Shown here one piece after another: positions 26,891 to 35,560 of a stretch of DNA of 48,292 nt. Numbering within the stretch: position 1 is the first letter of the stretch; every line of letters starts with the position of its first letter. The notes under the pieces are model-generated. The model was not told the DNA's origin. It worked only from the letters and a program-made list of their open reading frames with translations, and searched no databases. Made by a program: the position numbers and the translations under genes. The DNA comes from Phycisphaerae bacterium (GTDB lineage Bacteria; Planctomycetota; Phycisphaerae; SM23-33), in the NCBI GenBank assembly GCA_046539045.1, contig JBKHHU010000002.1, positions 1 through 48,292 on the forward strand, in the 5' to 3' direction.

Positions 26891-28083
26891 CAGGACCCCG
26901 CTTTCAAAATGGCCTGTGGCGGATCAGGCTCCGCCTTTGGGCATGGGTGGAGGGCGCTGTGGATCATGGTCAGTTTGCTTTCCCACGTCTCGCTGGTCAT
27001 CCGTTGGACATAATGCCGACGTTGCTCGATGGAAGTCTGCAGTGCCGCCTCCACCGCCGGGATGAATTCTTCGCTAGTCGAGGCAAAACGGACAAGATCC
27101 GCGTAGCGCCGAACTTCCGGCATGGGTGAGGAAACCACCGGCAACCCCGCCGCCAGATATTCCCGGAGCTTGATCGGGTTCACCGCCTCGGTCAGCCGGT
27201 TGAGCCTGAACGGTACCAGGCCGACGTCGAACCCGGCACAGTAGGCGGGTAGCTCGTGGTAAGCCCGTCGGCCGAGGAAATTCAGATTCTCCACAGGCCG
27301 GTATTGGGAGATATCCACGACTGAGTCCGCATCGCCGATCATGACGAACTGCCAGTCAGGTCGTTTGCGGGCGACATCCGCCAGCAGGTCCAGATCAACC
27401 CAGTCCCGAAGGAGTCCGAAGAATCCGAGTCGTGGAGAAGGGATCCGCGCCAGATCATCCGGCAATGTGCGTGGCGTCAGAGAGGCTCCGCGGAAATGCC
27501 TATGGTCCACTCCATGCGGTACAAGAATCGTGTTCGGATTCCAGCGAGATTTTGCCTTCTGCAGCGGTTGCGAGGTGGTGATGACCAGATCCGAGCGCCG
27601 GCAGAGATTTTCTTCATCCCTCAGGACCTGAGCGGTATCGTACCCCGAAAAGGAGGAGAAATCGTCCACGCAGTAGTAGATGACCTTATCCTCACCGAAC
27701 GTCCCGAGCATGTAGGAGATGTCGGGCGTGAATGACCAGACCTGAAGCGGGCCGTTGCGCAAGTGCGACAGGGCGGCGCGGATGGAGGTGGTCAGCAGCA
27801 TCCTGTTTGCCCGAACAGCGGCGGAACTGGACGGGAGCGGGACAACCAGGGGCGTAAGTACCGTCAGCCCCCGCCGGACTTGACGCAGACCGGCCGCCAC
27901 CTGCCGAAGCTTGCCGGCGATGTGCAACAGGTCCGATCCGTTCGCGCTGGGCTTGCGGGATGCATGGTAGTTGACCCAGAGCACTTCGTTTCGCTCCGCC
28001 AGCAGATGCATCACGTGATGCTTGCTCGTGGGCGGGGCGTCGTAATTGCTTGCGAAGCAAAGTATGGTCTTGCCTTCGATCAT
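26890..28083 (-). CDS. Glycosyltransferase (GT-B, group 1)
   Basis: Start ATG 28083 overlaps the upstream stop (ATGA). MIEGKTILCFASNYDAPPTSKHHVMHLL... and C-terminal NPIKLREYLAAGLPVVSS. Confidence 0.8.
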   Translation of the reverse strand: MIEGKTILCFASNYDAPPTSKHHVMHLLAERNEVLWVNYHASRKPSANGSDLLHIAGKLRQVAAGLRQVRRGLTVLTPLVVPLPSSSAAVRANRMLLTTSIRAALSHLRNGPLQVWSFTPDISYMLGTFGEDKVIYYCVDDFSSFSGYDTAQVLRDEENLCRRSDLVITTSQPLQKAKSRWNPNTILVPHGVDHRHFRGASLTPRTLPDDLARIPSPRLGFFGLLRDWVDLDLLADVARKRPDWQFVMIGDADSVVDISQYRPVENLNFLGRRAYHELPAYCAGFDVGLVPFRLNRLTEAVNPIKLREYLAAGLPVVSSPMPEVRRYADLVRFASTSEEFIPAVEAALQTSIEQRRHYVQRMTSETWESKLTMIHSALHPCPKAEPDPPQAILKAGS

Positions 28084-29336
28084 GCAATACCTCCCCCCGC
28101 GGGCATCCCAGCCGACATGTTCTCGTCGGTCGGTTGGTGTGGGTTCGCAAGACGAACACATTCCTGCACGAGTGCTGCCATCCGGCTGGGCCAGCTGTAC
28201 GTGTTGCGGACCATGCGTAATGCCTGCTCCGTCAGACGATCTGCATACGCTGGATCTGTCAGAAGCCGCGCGGCGGCCTCTACCCACTCATCGGGGCTCC
28301 TGGCTGAGAGAACATGTTGATCGGCGCTGAAGTCCAGCCCGGTAAGCGCTTCGGGGGATGCGACAACAGGTACACCGCACGCGGCAGCTTCGAGGACTTT
28401 GTTCTGGATGCCGCGAGCGATATCCAGCGGGGCGACGGCGACGGCCGCCTGGTGAAGATAAGGGGCGGTGTCGACGACGGAACCGGTGACGGTCACACCT
28501 TCCAGTTTATCCAGTCGCTGCACCGCTCCGACAGGGTGACGGCCGACGATGAGGAACCGGAGACCGGGAAATCGTTGCCTCAGTTCCGGATAGACAGTGC
28601 GGCAGAACCAGCACACGGCCCGGACGTTTGGTTCGTAATCCATGGAGCCGGTGAACACCAGTGCGGGGCTGTCCGAGTCCGGCTTTGTGTTCGTCGGGCG
28701 AAAATGGCTCGTGTCGACCCCATTCTGTACCGGTACGACCTTCGCCGGCCCGGGCGGCAGGAGATCAGCCTCTGCACTGCTGACGGTGAAAACGGTGCGA
28801 CACTGTTCCAGTGCCCGGCGTTCCAGGCGGGCCACGGCGGCAGCTTCCCGCGAATACAGCAGATGTCCGGGCAGGTGTCTTCGACGCGCGTACGCGCGCC
28901 ATTTGGCACTGTCCACATCGACCAGGTCCATTGCACAAGATTCCGCGTTTGCTTTCAGCAGCAGCGGAAGCGTCGAACTGCAGTACCCGAATGCCAGATC
29001 GAACCGTTGCTGAAGAATGCGATCAACGCGACGCATGGAACAGCTGTCCGGCTGGAAGTAGCACTCGGTGGCCGAGCGGCCCCGAGCAATCCGCCACACG
29101 CCGCGCAGCACGCCGAGTTTGCCGCGGGCCCACAGTGGCAGGACAGCAGAGCATAGCTCCTCCATCGGCTCGAGTCTTGCCGCATCGAAGGCTTCCTGGC
29201 AAAGGGCGAGAAGGGTGACATCGAACACGCTGGAGAGAGCCATGATCTCGTGGAACGCGCGGACCCTCTCGCCTTTGTCGGGCGGGTAGGGCACGCGATG
29301 CGATATATACAGAAGACGCTGCATGAAGTCCTGCAC
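28080..29336 (-). CDS. Glycosyltransferase of the PEP-CTERM/EpsH1-locus-associated type (GT4-like)
   Basis: 418-aa ORF. The N-terminus LLYISHRVPYPPDKGERVRAFHEIMALS is characteristic of that subfamily (memory of TIGR03087). C-terminal block: ARGIQNKVLEAAACGVPVVAS. Confidence 0.8.
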   Translation of the reverse strand: MQDFMQRLLYISHRVPYPPDKGERVRAFHEIMALSSVFDVTLLALCQEAFDAARLEPMEELCSAVLPLWARGKLGVLRGVWRIARGRSATECYFQPDSCSMRRVDRILQQRFDLAFGYCSSTLPLLLKANAESCAMDLVDVDSAKWRAYARRRHLPGHLLYSREAAAVARLERRALEQCRTVFTVSSAEADLLPPGPAKVVPVQNGVDTSHFRPTNTKPDSDSPALVFTGSMDYEPNVRAVCWFCRTVYPELRQRFPGLRFLIVGRHPVGAVQRLDKLEGVTVTGSVVDTAPYLHQAAVAVAPLDIARGIQNKVLEAAACGVPVVASPEALTGLDFSADQHVLSARSPDEWVEAAARLLTDPAYADRLTEQALRMVRNTYSWPSRMAALVQECVRLANPHQPTDENMSAGMPAGGGIA

Positions 29337-29342
29337 CGCGGA

Positions 29343-30194
29343 TCAAGAGTAGCGATAGAGATAGTTGGGAATATAATAGCGCCGATGCGTGAGGATGATG
29401 CCCCCGACATCGACGCGGGCTGATCGGAGCAGGCGGATCGCGCGGGCTACACACTCTTTCCGTGTCTTGTTCAGCCGGACCACCAGCAGCGCTTCACCGG
29501 CGAGTTGTCCGATGACTCCGGCATCGGCAACCGCATTGATCGGGGGCGTATCCCAGATGACATAGTCAAAGCAGCTTTTGGCCTGGGCGATCATCTTTCT
29601 GACTTCACGGGCGGAGATCAGAGTTCCGACCTCCTCCCTCTTCACTGATCCGGTCGGAAGGATGTACAGGTTTGGCAGCGCAGTGGCTTGGATTGCCTCC
29701 AGCAGGTCGGTTTCTCCACGGAGCACCTCGGCAATGCCGGGCGACTTCTCGGTATTGAAGAGCTTGGCAATCCGCCCTCTCCGCATATCGAAATCCGCCA
29801 GAAGGGTGAACTTTCCCGGTCGTTCGGCAAGAACGGCTGCCAGATTGGATGCGCTGACAGATTTGCCCTCGCCCTTATTGGCGGAGGTGATCACGCGGGA
29901 GATCTTGCCGTCTTCAGCACTCGACAACAGGTTGGTGCGGAGTGATCGGTACTCTTCGGCGATGGACCCGCCACGTTCGTGACAGGTGCGGATCAACTTG
30001 GAATAGCGTTTGGCTGCTTCCGGCTCCAGTTGTGGAGGCAGGCTGATTCGTCGGCCCGGCTGGAAGGTATCGGACAGGTCGATACTCTGCCGTCCGAGGG
30101 AGTCTTCTTCGGATTGGTCGGAGGGGCCAAGCACCTCCTGGCCGCCGCCTTTTTCCACGCTGTGTCGTTTCATCGCGTCCCAGACGTTTGGCAT
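29343..30194 (-). CDS. BY-kinase-type tyrosine autokinase / chain-length regulator ATPase (cytoplasmic, stand-alone)
   Basis: Walker A SANKGEGKS, Walker A' LLADFDMRRG, Walker B YVIWDTPP and a C-terminal tyrosine cluster RRYYIPNYLYRYS. Confidence 0.85.
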   Translation of the reverse strand: MPNVWDAMKRHSVEKGGGQEVLGPSDQSEEDSLGRQSIDLSDTFQPGRRISLPPQLEPEAAKRYSKLIRTCHERGGSIAEEYRSLRTNLLSSAEDGKISRVITSANKGEGKSVSASNLAAVLAERPGKFTLLADFDMRRGRIAKLFNTEKSPGIAEVLRGETDLLEAIQATALPNLYILPTGSVKREEVGTLISAREVRKMIAQAKSCFDYVIWDTPPINAVADAGVIGQLAGEALLVVRLNKTRKECVARAIRLLRSARVDVGGIILTHRRYYIPNYLYRYS

Positions 30195-30197
30195 GGT

Positions 30198-31073
30198 CTA
30201 TCTCCTTCCGGACCATTCGAGCGAGTCGGTATCTCCGGCCCTGTGGTGACTCTGCAGACCCCAGCAGGTCATGTCGCGGAGCACATCGGAAACAATATCC
30301 TCGCCGATCAGATGCGAATCGCGGGCATAGCCGACCAGCAGGGCGTTGTCGCAGAGTACATTGACCAGCCGTGGTATTCCGTCAGTGGCCTGGAAGATCA
30401 GATCCCTCGCTTCGTCGCTGAACGAAACACCGGCGCCTCCTTCGTTGGCAGCGATAGCAAGCCGATGGCTGATGTAGCGACTGGTGTCGTCGGCGTTGAG
30501 GTGTCGCAGGTGGTAGCTGAGTACGATCCTCTGTCGCAACGGCTCCCAGCGAGGTTGCATGAGCCGTTCTCTGAGTTCCGGCTGACCGATGAGTATGATC
30601 TGGACCAGGCGGTTGCCCTGGTATTCCCAGTTCCAGAGCAGTCGCAGTTCTTCGAGGCTGGACGCGGGCAGATCCTGGCATTCGTCGAGGATCAGGGCTA
30701 CCAACCGTCTGCGGATCAGCAGCGAGACCAACTGCTCTTCCAGTGCGTCCAGCATGCTCATCTTGTCGGTGGTGGCGCGGACATTCATACCTGTCGCCGC
30801 GGCAACAGCGCGGATCAACTGCTTGGCCGACTGCGGCGGATTTTTCATGTACACCGTCAGGCATTTGGCGCCCAATCGGTCGGTGAGCATGTTGCCGACG
30901 AAGGTTTTGCCGGCACCGACCTCTCCTGTGACCAATACCATTCCTTTTCGCTGCTGGACCGTGTACATCATGTTCGCCAGCGCCTCAGCATGTGCTGAGC
31001 TTTCGAAGAAGTACCGCGAGTCACAGGTGATCGCGAAAGGGAATTCTCTGAGATTGTAAAAGGACAAATACAT
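30198..31073 (-). CDS. ExeA-like AAA ATPase (EPS/PEP-CTERM locus secretion ATPase type)
   Basis: MYLSFYNLREFPF..., Walker A GEVGAGKT and Walker B LILDECQDL. Confidence 0.85.
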   Translation of the reverse strand: MYLSFYNLREFPFAITCDSRYFFESSAHAEALANMMYTVQQRKGMVLVTGEVGAGKTFVGNMLTDRLGAKCLTVYMKNPPQSAKQLIRAVAAATGMNVRATTDKMSMLDALEEQLVSLLIRRRLVALILDECQDLPASSLEELRLLWNWEYQGNRLVQIILIGQPELRERLMQPRWEPLRQRIVLSYHLRHLNADDTSRYISHRLAIAANEGGAGVSFSDEARDLIFQATDGIPRLVNVLCDNALLVGYARDSHLIGEDIVSDVLRDMTCWGLQSHHRAGDTDSLEWSGRR

Positions 31074-32758
31074 CAGCGCCTCCCCGAGGTCGAAACCGTC
31101 GACTCGATCTTGTTCACGACAAAGCCGATCGGGTCGCCTTTCATCTGGCGGTATTGCTGCTCATCCTCCAACCAGTACTTCGACATCAGTCCGGCAAAGC
31201 CCAGCACCAGCAGCAGGATCAGGCAGATCAGCGGGAGCAGGATGTACTTACCGAACACGCGCATCTGCTTTTTGCCTGGGGTCGCTATCTCTCCAATGAT
31301 CCCATGGACCGGGATGCCGAAAGCGCTTTCTGCCTGCTCCGGACCGTTCACGGTGTGATCCACCGCCATGCAGAGGAAAATGAGCAGGCCGGCAAAGCCC
31401 AGACCGCCCGCAACGGCAAATCCGATCATCGACATGAGTCCCGGTGAGGCGGGCTTGTACTGCTTCTGGGCACGTTCGGCGATGTCCAGTCGCGTCCGTT
31501 TCTCAGCGAGTTCCGCACCCAGTTCGATCTCCACCTGCGTCAGATTCTGTTCCCAGTTGGCGAGTTTGCTCTCTGCGGCATCCAGTTCCTGAATGATCGC
31601 GTCGTGCTCCTGGCGGTACGGGCCAAAATTCGCCAGGACGTCCGTCAAAACTGTCATCTCATCGCGCAGCAGACCGAGTTTGCTTGTCGCCCGCTCCAGT
31701 TCGTCCTCGTATTCGCGTTTCATCCGCTGCATTTTTGCGATCGTCTCGGCGCGATCGGCGCCGGAAAGATATTCCGACTGCAGCACGATGGTCTTTGGCG
31801 TGTTCTCGATCTGCTCACGGTACTGCTGGATATTCTTCTCGGCCTGGGTCAGCTTGGGATGGGCGTCTTTGTATCCCTGGTTCTTCAGGAACTCCCGGAG
31901 CTGAATCTGTTTCTCCAGCTTCTGCTCCAGTTCCTTTCTCTCCGGGTTTGGGCCTCGAACTACCTTGTCCGGCTGGGTAGTCAGCCCACGCACCTGTGCA
32001 ATCAGGTCCTTCAGGTCCTCCAGGTCCCTTTCGGTGGCCTGCTTATTCCGCATAAGGTTGCCGATCTGCTCTTCCAGATCGATCTTCATCTGCTTTGTCA
32101 GGTGGCGATCCTGAAGGTACTGAGAGGGTTGTGCACGTTCGAAGGCATCTCTCCGATCCTGAAGTTCCGCACAGAGCTTCGCTGCCTCAACGCGACGCTG
32201 CTCCAGAAATACCTTGTGTTTGGCCAGTCGGTCCTTGATCTTTTCGCCTGTCATGTTGGTATAGATATTGACCAGGCTGTTGGGAATCGCCTCTGCCCAG
32301 ACCGGATTCTCATGGCTGAATTGCACAGTCACCCAACCGACTTCCGAACGAGTTATCGTCATCGAGATCTGCAGGTTGTCCTGAATTTCCCGGATCAACT
32401 CGAGCTTCATCCGCTTGCCTCTATCGGTCAGTTGACCGGTCGGGGTCTGCGGCAGGTGATTGGCCAGCCCCAGCGAGTTGATCACTGCTTCGATGGTCTG
32501 CGTGTGAGTCAGTTCCTGGCTCACGCCTTGCATGAGGGCTTCAAAACTCCGGCTTTGGCTGCCGCGCGTTCCCTCCAGGGCCGTCTCCCGTCTGGCTTCA
32601 AAGGTTGCCTCTCCGGTATAGATCTTCTCCCGGAACGCCTGCTGAGCGAACAGGGCGATGATGGCGAAGACCAACCAGCCAATCAGGAACAACCAGAACC
32701 TGCGGAAGATAACCTTGAGGACGTCTCGGGGCGTCTTGGACTGTCTATGCTCAGCCAT
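31073..32758 (-). CDS. Wzz/GumC-like polysaccharide chain-length determinant with long coiled-coil periplasmic region
   Basis: Likely start ATG 32758 (MAEHRQSKTPRDVLKVIFRRFWLF, AAGGAAAG upstream). It has an N-terminal TM, an extended coiled-coil and two C-terminal TM segments. Confidence 0.8.
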   Translation of the reverse strand: MAEHRQSKTPRDVLKVIFRRFWLFLIGWLVFAIIALFAQQAFREKIYTGEATFEARRETALEGTRGSQSRSFEALMQGVSQELTHTQTIEAVINSLGLANHLPQTPTGQLTDRGKRMKLELIREIQDNLQISMTITRSEVGWVTVQFSHENPVWAEAIPNSLVNIYTNMTGEKIKDRLAKHKVFLEQRRVEAAKLCAELQDRRDAFERAQPSQYLQDRHLTKQMKIDLEEQIGNLMRNKQATERDLEDLKDLIAQVRGLTTQPDKVVRGPNPERKELEQKLEKQIQLREFLKNQGYKDAHPKLTQAEKNIQQYREQIENTPKTIVLQSEYLSGADRAETIAKMQRMKREYEDELERATSKLGLLRDEMTVLTDVLANFGPYRQEHDAIIQELDAAESKLANWEQNLTQVEIELGAELAEKRTRLDIAERAQKQYKPASPGLMSMIGFAVAGGLGFAGLLIFLCMAVDHTVNGPEQAESAFGIPVHGIIGEIATPGKKQMRVFGKYILLPLICLILLLVLGFAGLMSKYWLEDEQQYRQMKGDPIGFVVNKIESTVSTSGRR

Positions 32759-32783
32759 GGGAGGTGTCTTTCCTTTGGCTATA

Positions 32784-33593
32784 TCACTGGGAGATGTTCT
32801 GCCCGGCCGCAGCGTCGCCGAGACGACTTGGGGCACTGATCGTCTGGATAACCGGGCTCACCGGGAACAACAGGCTGCGAAGTGTCAGGCCCACTTTCGC
32901 CCAGGGCGTCGGTTGTACATAGACCACATCATTAGGCTTCAGGAGTATATTGTTGGACATGTCGCCGTCTTCGATCATCGCGCGGAGATTGAAGAGCATT
33001 TTCTTTCGTTCCTTGTCCGGGCGATCCGGGCGGACTCCGCTCATTCTGTAGTTACCGGGCCGGGTCGTGGCAAACCCGCCTTCCTGAGGCTCGGGACTTC
33101 GGATGATCGTGATACGCTCAATCCATGCCAGATCATTCGGCCGGGACCTCGCCAAGGCATCCAGAAGGGTATCGCGGCCGGTCCAGGGCTGTGGCCCCGA
33201 TGCCACCACCTGGCCGAATACGTAGAAGTTGCGGGAGTTGTAGCCGACAACCTGCACGGTGGTATCAACGCGCTCGTAGTATTTGCCCGCCTTCTCGTTG
33301 AGGAGTTGCTGGATCTCCTTGGGCGTCATGTTGGCGACGTATATGTCGCCGATGAGGGGGAAGTTGACCGTCCCGTCGGGGGCGATCCGCTGCGTCTGTT
33401 CATTGAGTTCTTCGATACCGGCAACTACCCTGATCATATCCGGGGGCAGTACCCGGTACTCCTCGCCGGAGACCTCCGGCCGGGGTTCGGTCAGAAACTG
33501 GTTGATTTCCTCCGGGTCATAGCAGCCTCCCAAGGCGCACATCAGCAGCGCCGCGCACAATGGAAGAGCGATCGTCGTGGCTCTCCGTCCCAT
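32784..33593 (-). CDS. Wza-like polysaccharide export protein (Poly_export + SLBB), lipoprotein
   Basis: Start ATG 33593 follows GAGGAAAGGG. Lipobox LLMCALGGC, then blocks YRVLPPDMIRV and GTVNFPLIGDIYVANMTPKEIQ. Confidence 0.85.
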   Translation of the reverse strand: MGRRATTIALPLCAALLMCALGGCYDPEEINQFLTEPRPEVSGEEYRVLPPDMIRVVAGIEELNEQTQRIAPDGTVNFPLIGDIYVANMTPKEIQQLLNEKAGKYYERVDTTVQVVGYNSRNFYVFGQVVASGPQPWTGRDTLLDALARSRPNDLAWIERITIIRSPEPQEGGFATTRPGNYRMSGVRPDRPDKERKKMLFNLRAMIEDGDMSNNILLKPNDVVYVQPTPWAKVGLTLRSLLFPVSPVIQTISAPSRLGDAAAGQNISQ

Positions 33594-33849
33594 TGCAGAA
33601 CCCTTTCCTCGTTGTTCAGATGATGTCAAAGATTTGAGAGCGAGCAGTCGGCCGATGATGCTGATGAGCGGTCAGTGGCCGATTGACGCAAGTACTACGA
33701 CGGACTTTCCGTCGTTGTTTGCAGTTTCTGAGGCTTTCCTCCAAAACATTTCTCACGGTTCGGTCTCTGCGGGCAGTTTCCAGCCATTTCGCTCCATGGC
33801 CCGACACGCTCGTAAGACAATGTCTGTATGTTGTTCAGAGACCTAAAGA

Positions 33850-33873
33850 CACCATCCGCTTGTGGCGGATGGT
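33850..33873 (-). terminator. Hairpin terminator after the priming transferase gene
   Basis: Perfect 10-bp stem CACCATCCGC/GCGGATGGTG with a 4-nt loop, ~55 nt after the stop. On the minus strand it is followed by TCTTTAGG. Confidence 0.55.
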
Positions 33874-33927
33874 GCAAGCAGCGCCCGGCCGTCCCGGCAT
33901 GTTTCGGTGATGGCGGTCAGTCCGCGA

Positions 33928-34584
33928 TCAATGCGCTTTCCGGTCGTTCAGTTTTGTCATGGTGGCGGCAAGAATACGCAGTTCGAGCGACCATCGTCTT
34001 CGCTCAATGTATTCCAGGTCCGAGCGAAGTTTCCGCCGGACGCCCTCAATGCTGGTGTCGTACCCGTCCCGGATCTGGGCCAGACCCGTGATCCCCGGCT
34101 TGACAGTCAGACGCCGGCGGATATTGGGATAGATGAGTTCCAGTTCGGAAAGGATTTCTTCCCGTTCCGGCCGGGGGCCGATCAGGGACATTTCTCCGCG
34201 AAGGATGTTGAACAGCTGCGGCAGTTCATCGACATGAGAAACGCGCATCCATCGACAGGCCGGCACGACGCGGGGGTCTTTGTCGCTTGCCCATATGGCG
34301 CCCGAACGTTTTTCGGCGTCGGTATACATTGTCCGCAGTTTATAGATGCGGAACGGCTTTCCGCCTTTGCCGATCCGCATCTGGCTGAAGATGGCGGGCC
34401 CGCGACTGGTGAGCTTGATGATCGCCGCACAGACCACGATGATCGGGCTGGCGATCAGAAGCAGAATCGCCGAAGCCACCAGGTCGAAAACTTCCTTGGC
34501 CATATCAAAATACCGACGGGCCAGATGTCCGATGACGCCGAGAACACCACCACCCAGACTGATCATTGTCAGTGGTTCCGGCAT
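33928..34584 (-). CDS. Undecaprenyl-phosphate sugar-1-phosphate transferase (bacterial sugar transferase family, short WbaP/EpsB-like)
   Basis: Start ATG 34584 follows GGAGGAG. Blocks: SPIIVVCAAIIKLTSRGPAIFSQMRIGKGGKPFRIYKLRTM and DELPQLFNILRGEMSLIGPRPE. Confidence 0.9.
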   Translation of the reverse strand: MPEPLTMISLGGGVLGVIGHLARRYFDMAKEVFDLVASAILLLIASPIIVVCAAIIKLTSRGPAIFSQMRIGKGGKPFRIYKLRTMYTDAEKRSGAIWASDKDPRVVPACRWMRVSHVDELPQLFNILRGEMSLIGPRPEREEILSELELIYPNIRRRLTVKPGITGLAQIRDGYDTSIEGVRRKLRSDLEYIERRRWSLELRILAATMTKLNDRKAH

Positions 34585-35086
34585 TGTATCTCCTCCGAGA
34601 AAATACATAGCACGACTGCTGTTTCGCACGCTTGCAGATGCGTCGAGCAGACGCACTGCCCCCAGCAGGAGGGTTAACAGGACGTTCGTCTCGCCTTCCT
34701 GACGTGTTGAACGTTCCGACCGCTGAGCGAAGTGTGAGCGAGCGTGCGGCCCGTGTCCGTCATCATCCGATCCAGCAAGAACAACACTGAACCTCCTTGC
34801 AGATGATTCCGGACGTGTCTTTGACCAATGCTAGGAATCCGAAGCGGCAGCAGACAAGGGCCTTGTCGGGCTCAAGCAAAGTTTTCTCGCGTAAGGTGTT
34901 GGCGGTGATTGAGTCGGGTAATTCATGGGGCATGATTCCGGTCGGCCGCCTAGATGAAAGCGGCTTGGAGCGTGGTCTGTACCTATTCATGCCGCACTGG
35001 CCGGCTCGGTGCTGGGCCGCGAATCAGTGGACACCTTGACTCAACAGACAGCCCGTGCGTGATGAAGTATGCGCCGCGGTAGGATT

Positions 35087-35127
35087 TCGAGGGGCGGAGA
35101 AAGATGGAGAATCACTCCGCCCCTCGA
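35087..35127. repeat. Perfect 13-bp inverted repeat TCGAGGGGCGGAG-N15-CTCCGCCCCTCGA
   Basis: Read directly from the sequence. It lies ~20 nt from the end of the acetolactate synthase remnant. No T-tract is present on either side. Confidence 0.7.
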
Positions 35128-35145
35128 TATTCGACAAACAGACCG

Positions 35146-35375
35146 TCAGGTCGTTGCGTCCACAGTGACGTCGATGAGGACCGGGCCCGGTCTGCCGGTC
35201 CGGGCTATGTAGAACGCCTCGGTCAAGGCTCCCTCGATACCCTCAAAGCGGGTGACCAGTCGGTTGTGTTTGGTGATCTGCCGCGTGATACCAACCATGT
35301 CGGCTTCCTGGAACGCGTCGGTTCCCAACAGCCGGCTCTTGACTTGCCCGGCAATCGTGACGATCGGAACGGAGC
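35146..35375 (-). pseudogene. ilvB: Internal fragment (~75 codons) of an acetolactate synthase large subunit / ThDP enzyme
   Basis: The minus-strand translation ...[72 protein letters not shown] matches the conserved ALS block (compare E. coli IlvI ...[36 protein letters not shown]...GRPGPVVVDLPKD). Both flanks are unrelated, so more than 85% of the gene is missing. Confidence 0.7.
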
Positions 35376-35508
35376 CCGGCAGGATCGCGCAGCAGCTTAT
35401 CGTACTACGACGGAGGCGCGCAGCAGCCCGCGGAGCCCGGGACGGGTAGAACGGGAAGGCGTCGGTTTGCTGCTGTGACGGTGGACTTCTTCAGAGAAAC
35501 AAAACAGA

Positions 35509-35531
35509 CTGACGGCCCGAAGACCCGTCAG
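35509..35531 (-). terminator. Intrinsic terminator after the oxidoreductase gene
   Basis: Stem CTGACGG/CCGTCAG with a 9-nt loop. On the minus strand it is followed by TCTGTTTTGTTTCTCTG. The plus side is also T-rich (GTTGATTTTC), so it may act in both directions. Confidence 0.6.
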
Positions 35532-35560
35532 CCTGTTGATTTTCAATAGATGAAGTCTGC

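Noticed and set aside
35104-35478. 124-aa plus-strand ORF in the scar region.
   Set aside because: Its ATG lies inside the loop of the 13-bp hairpin. It runs antisense to the clearly recognisable acetolactate synthase fragment, and its sequence is low-complexity and Arg-rich.
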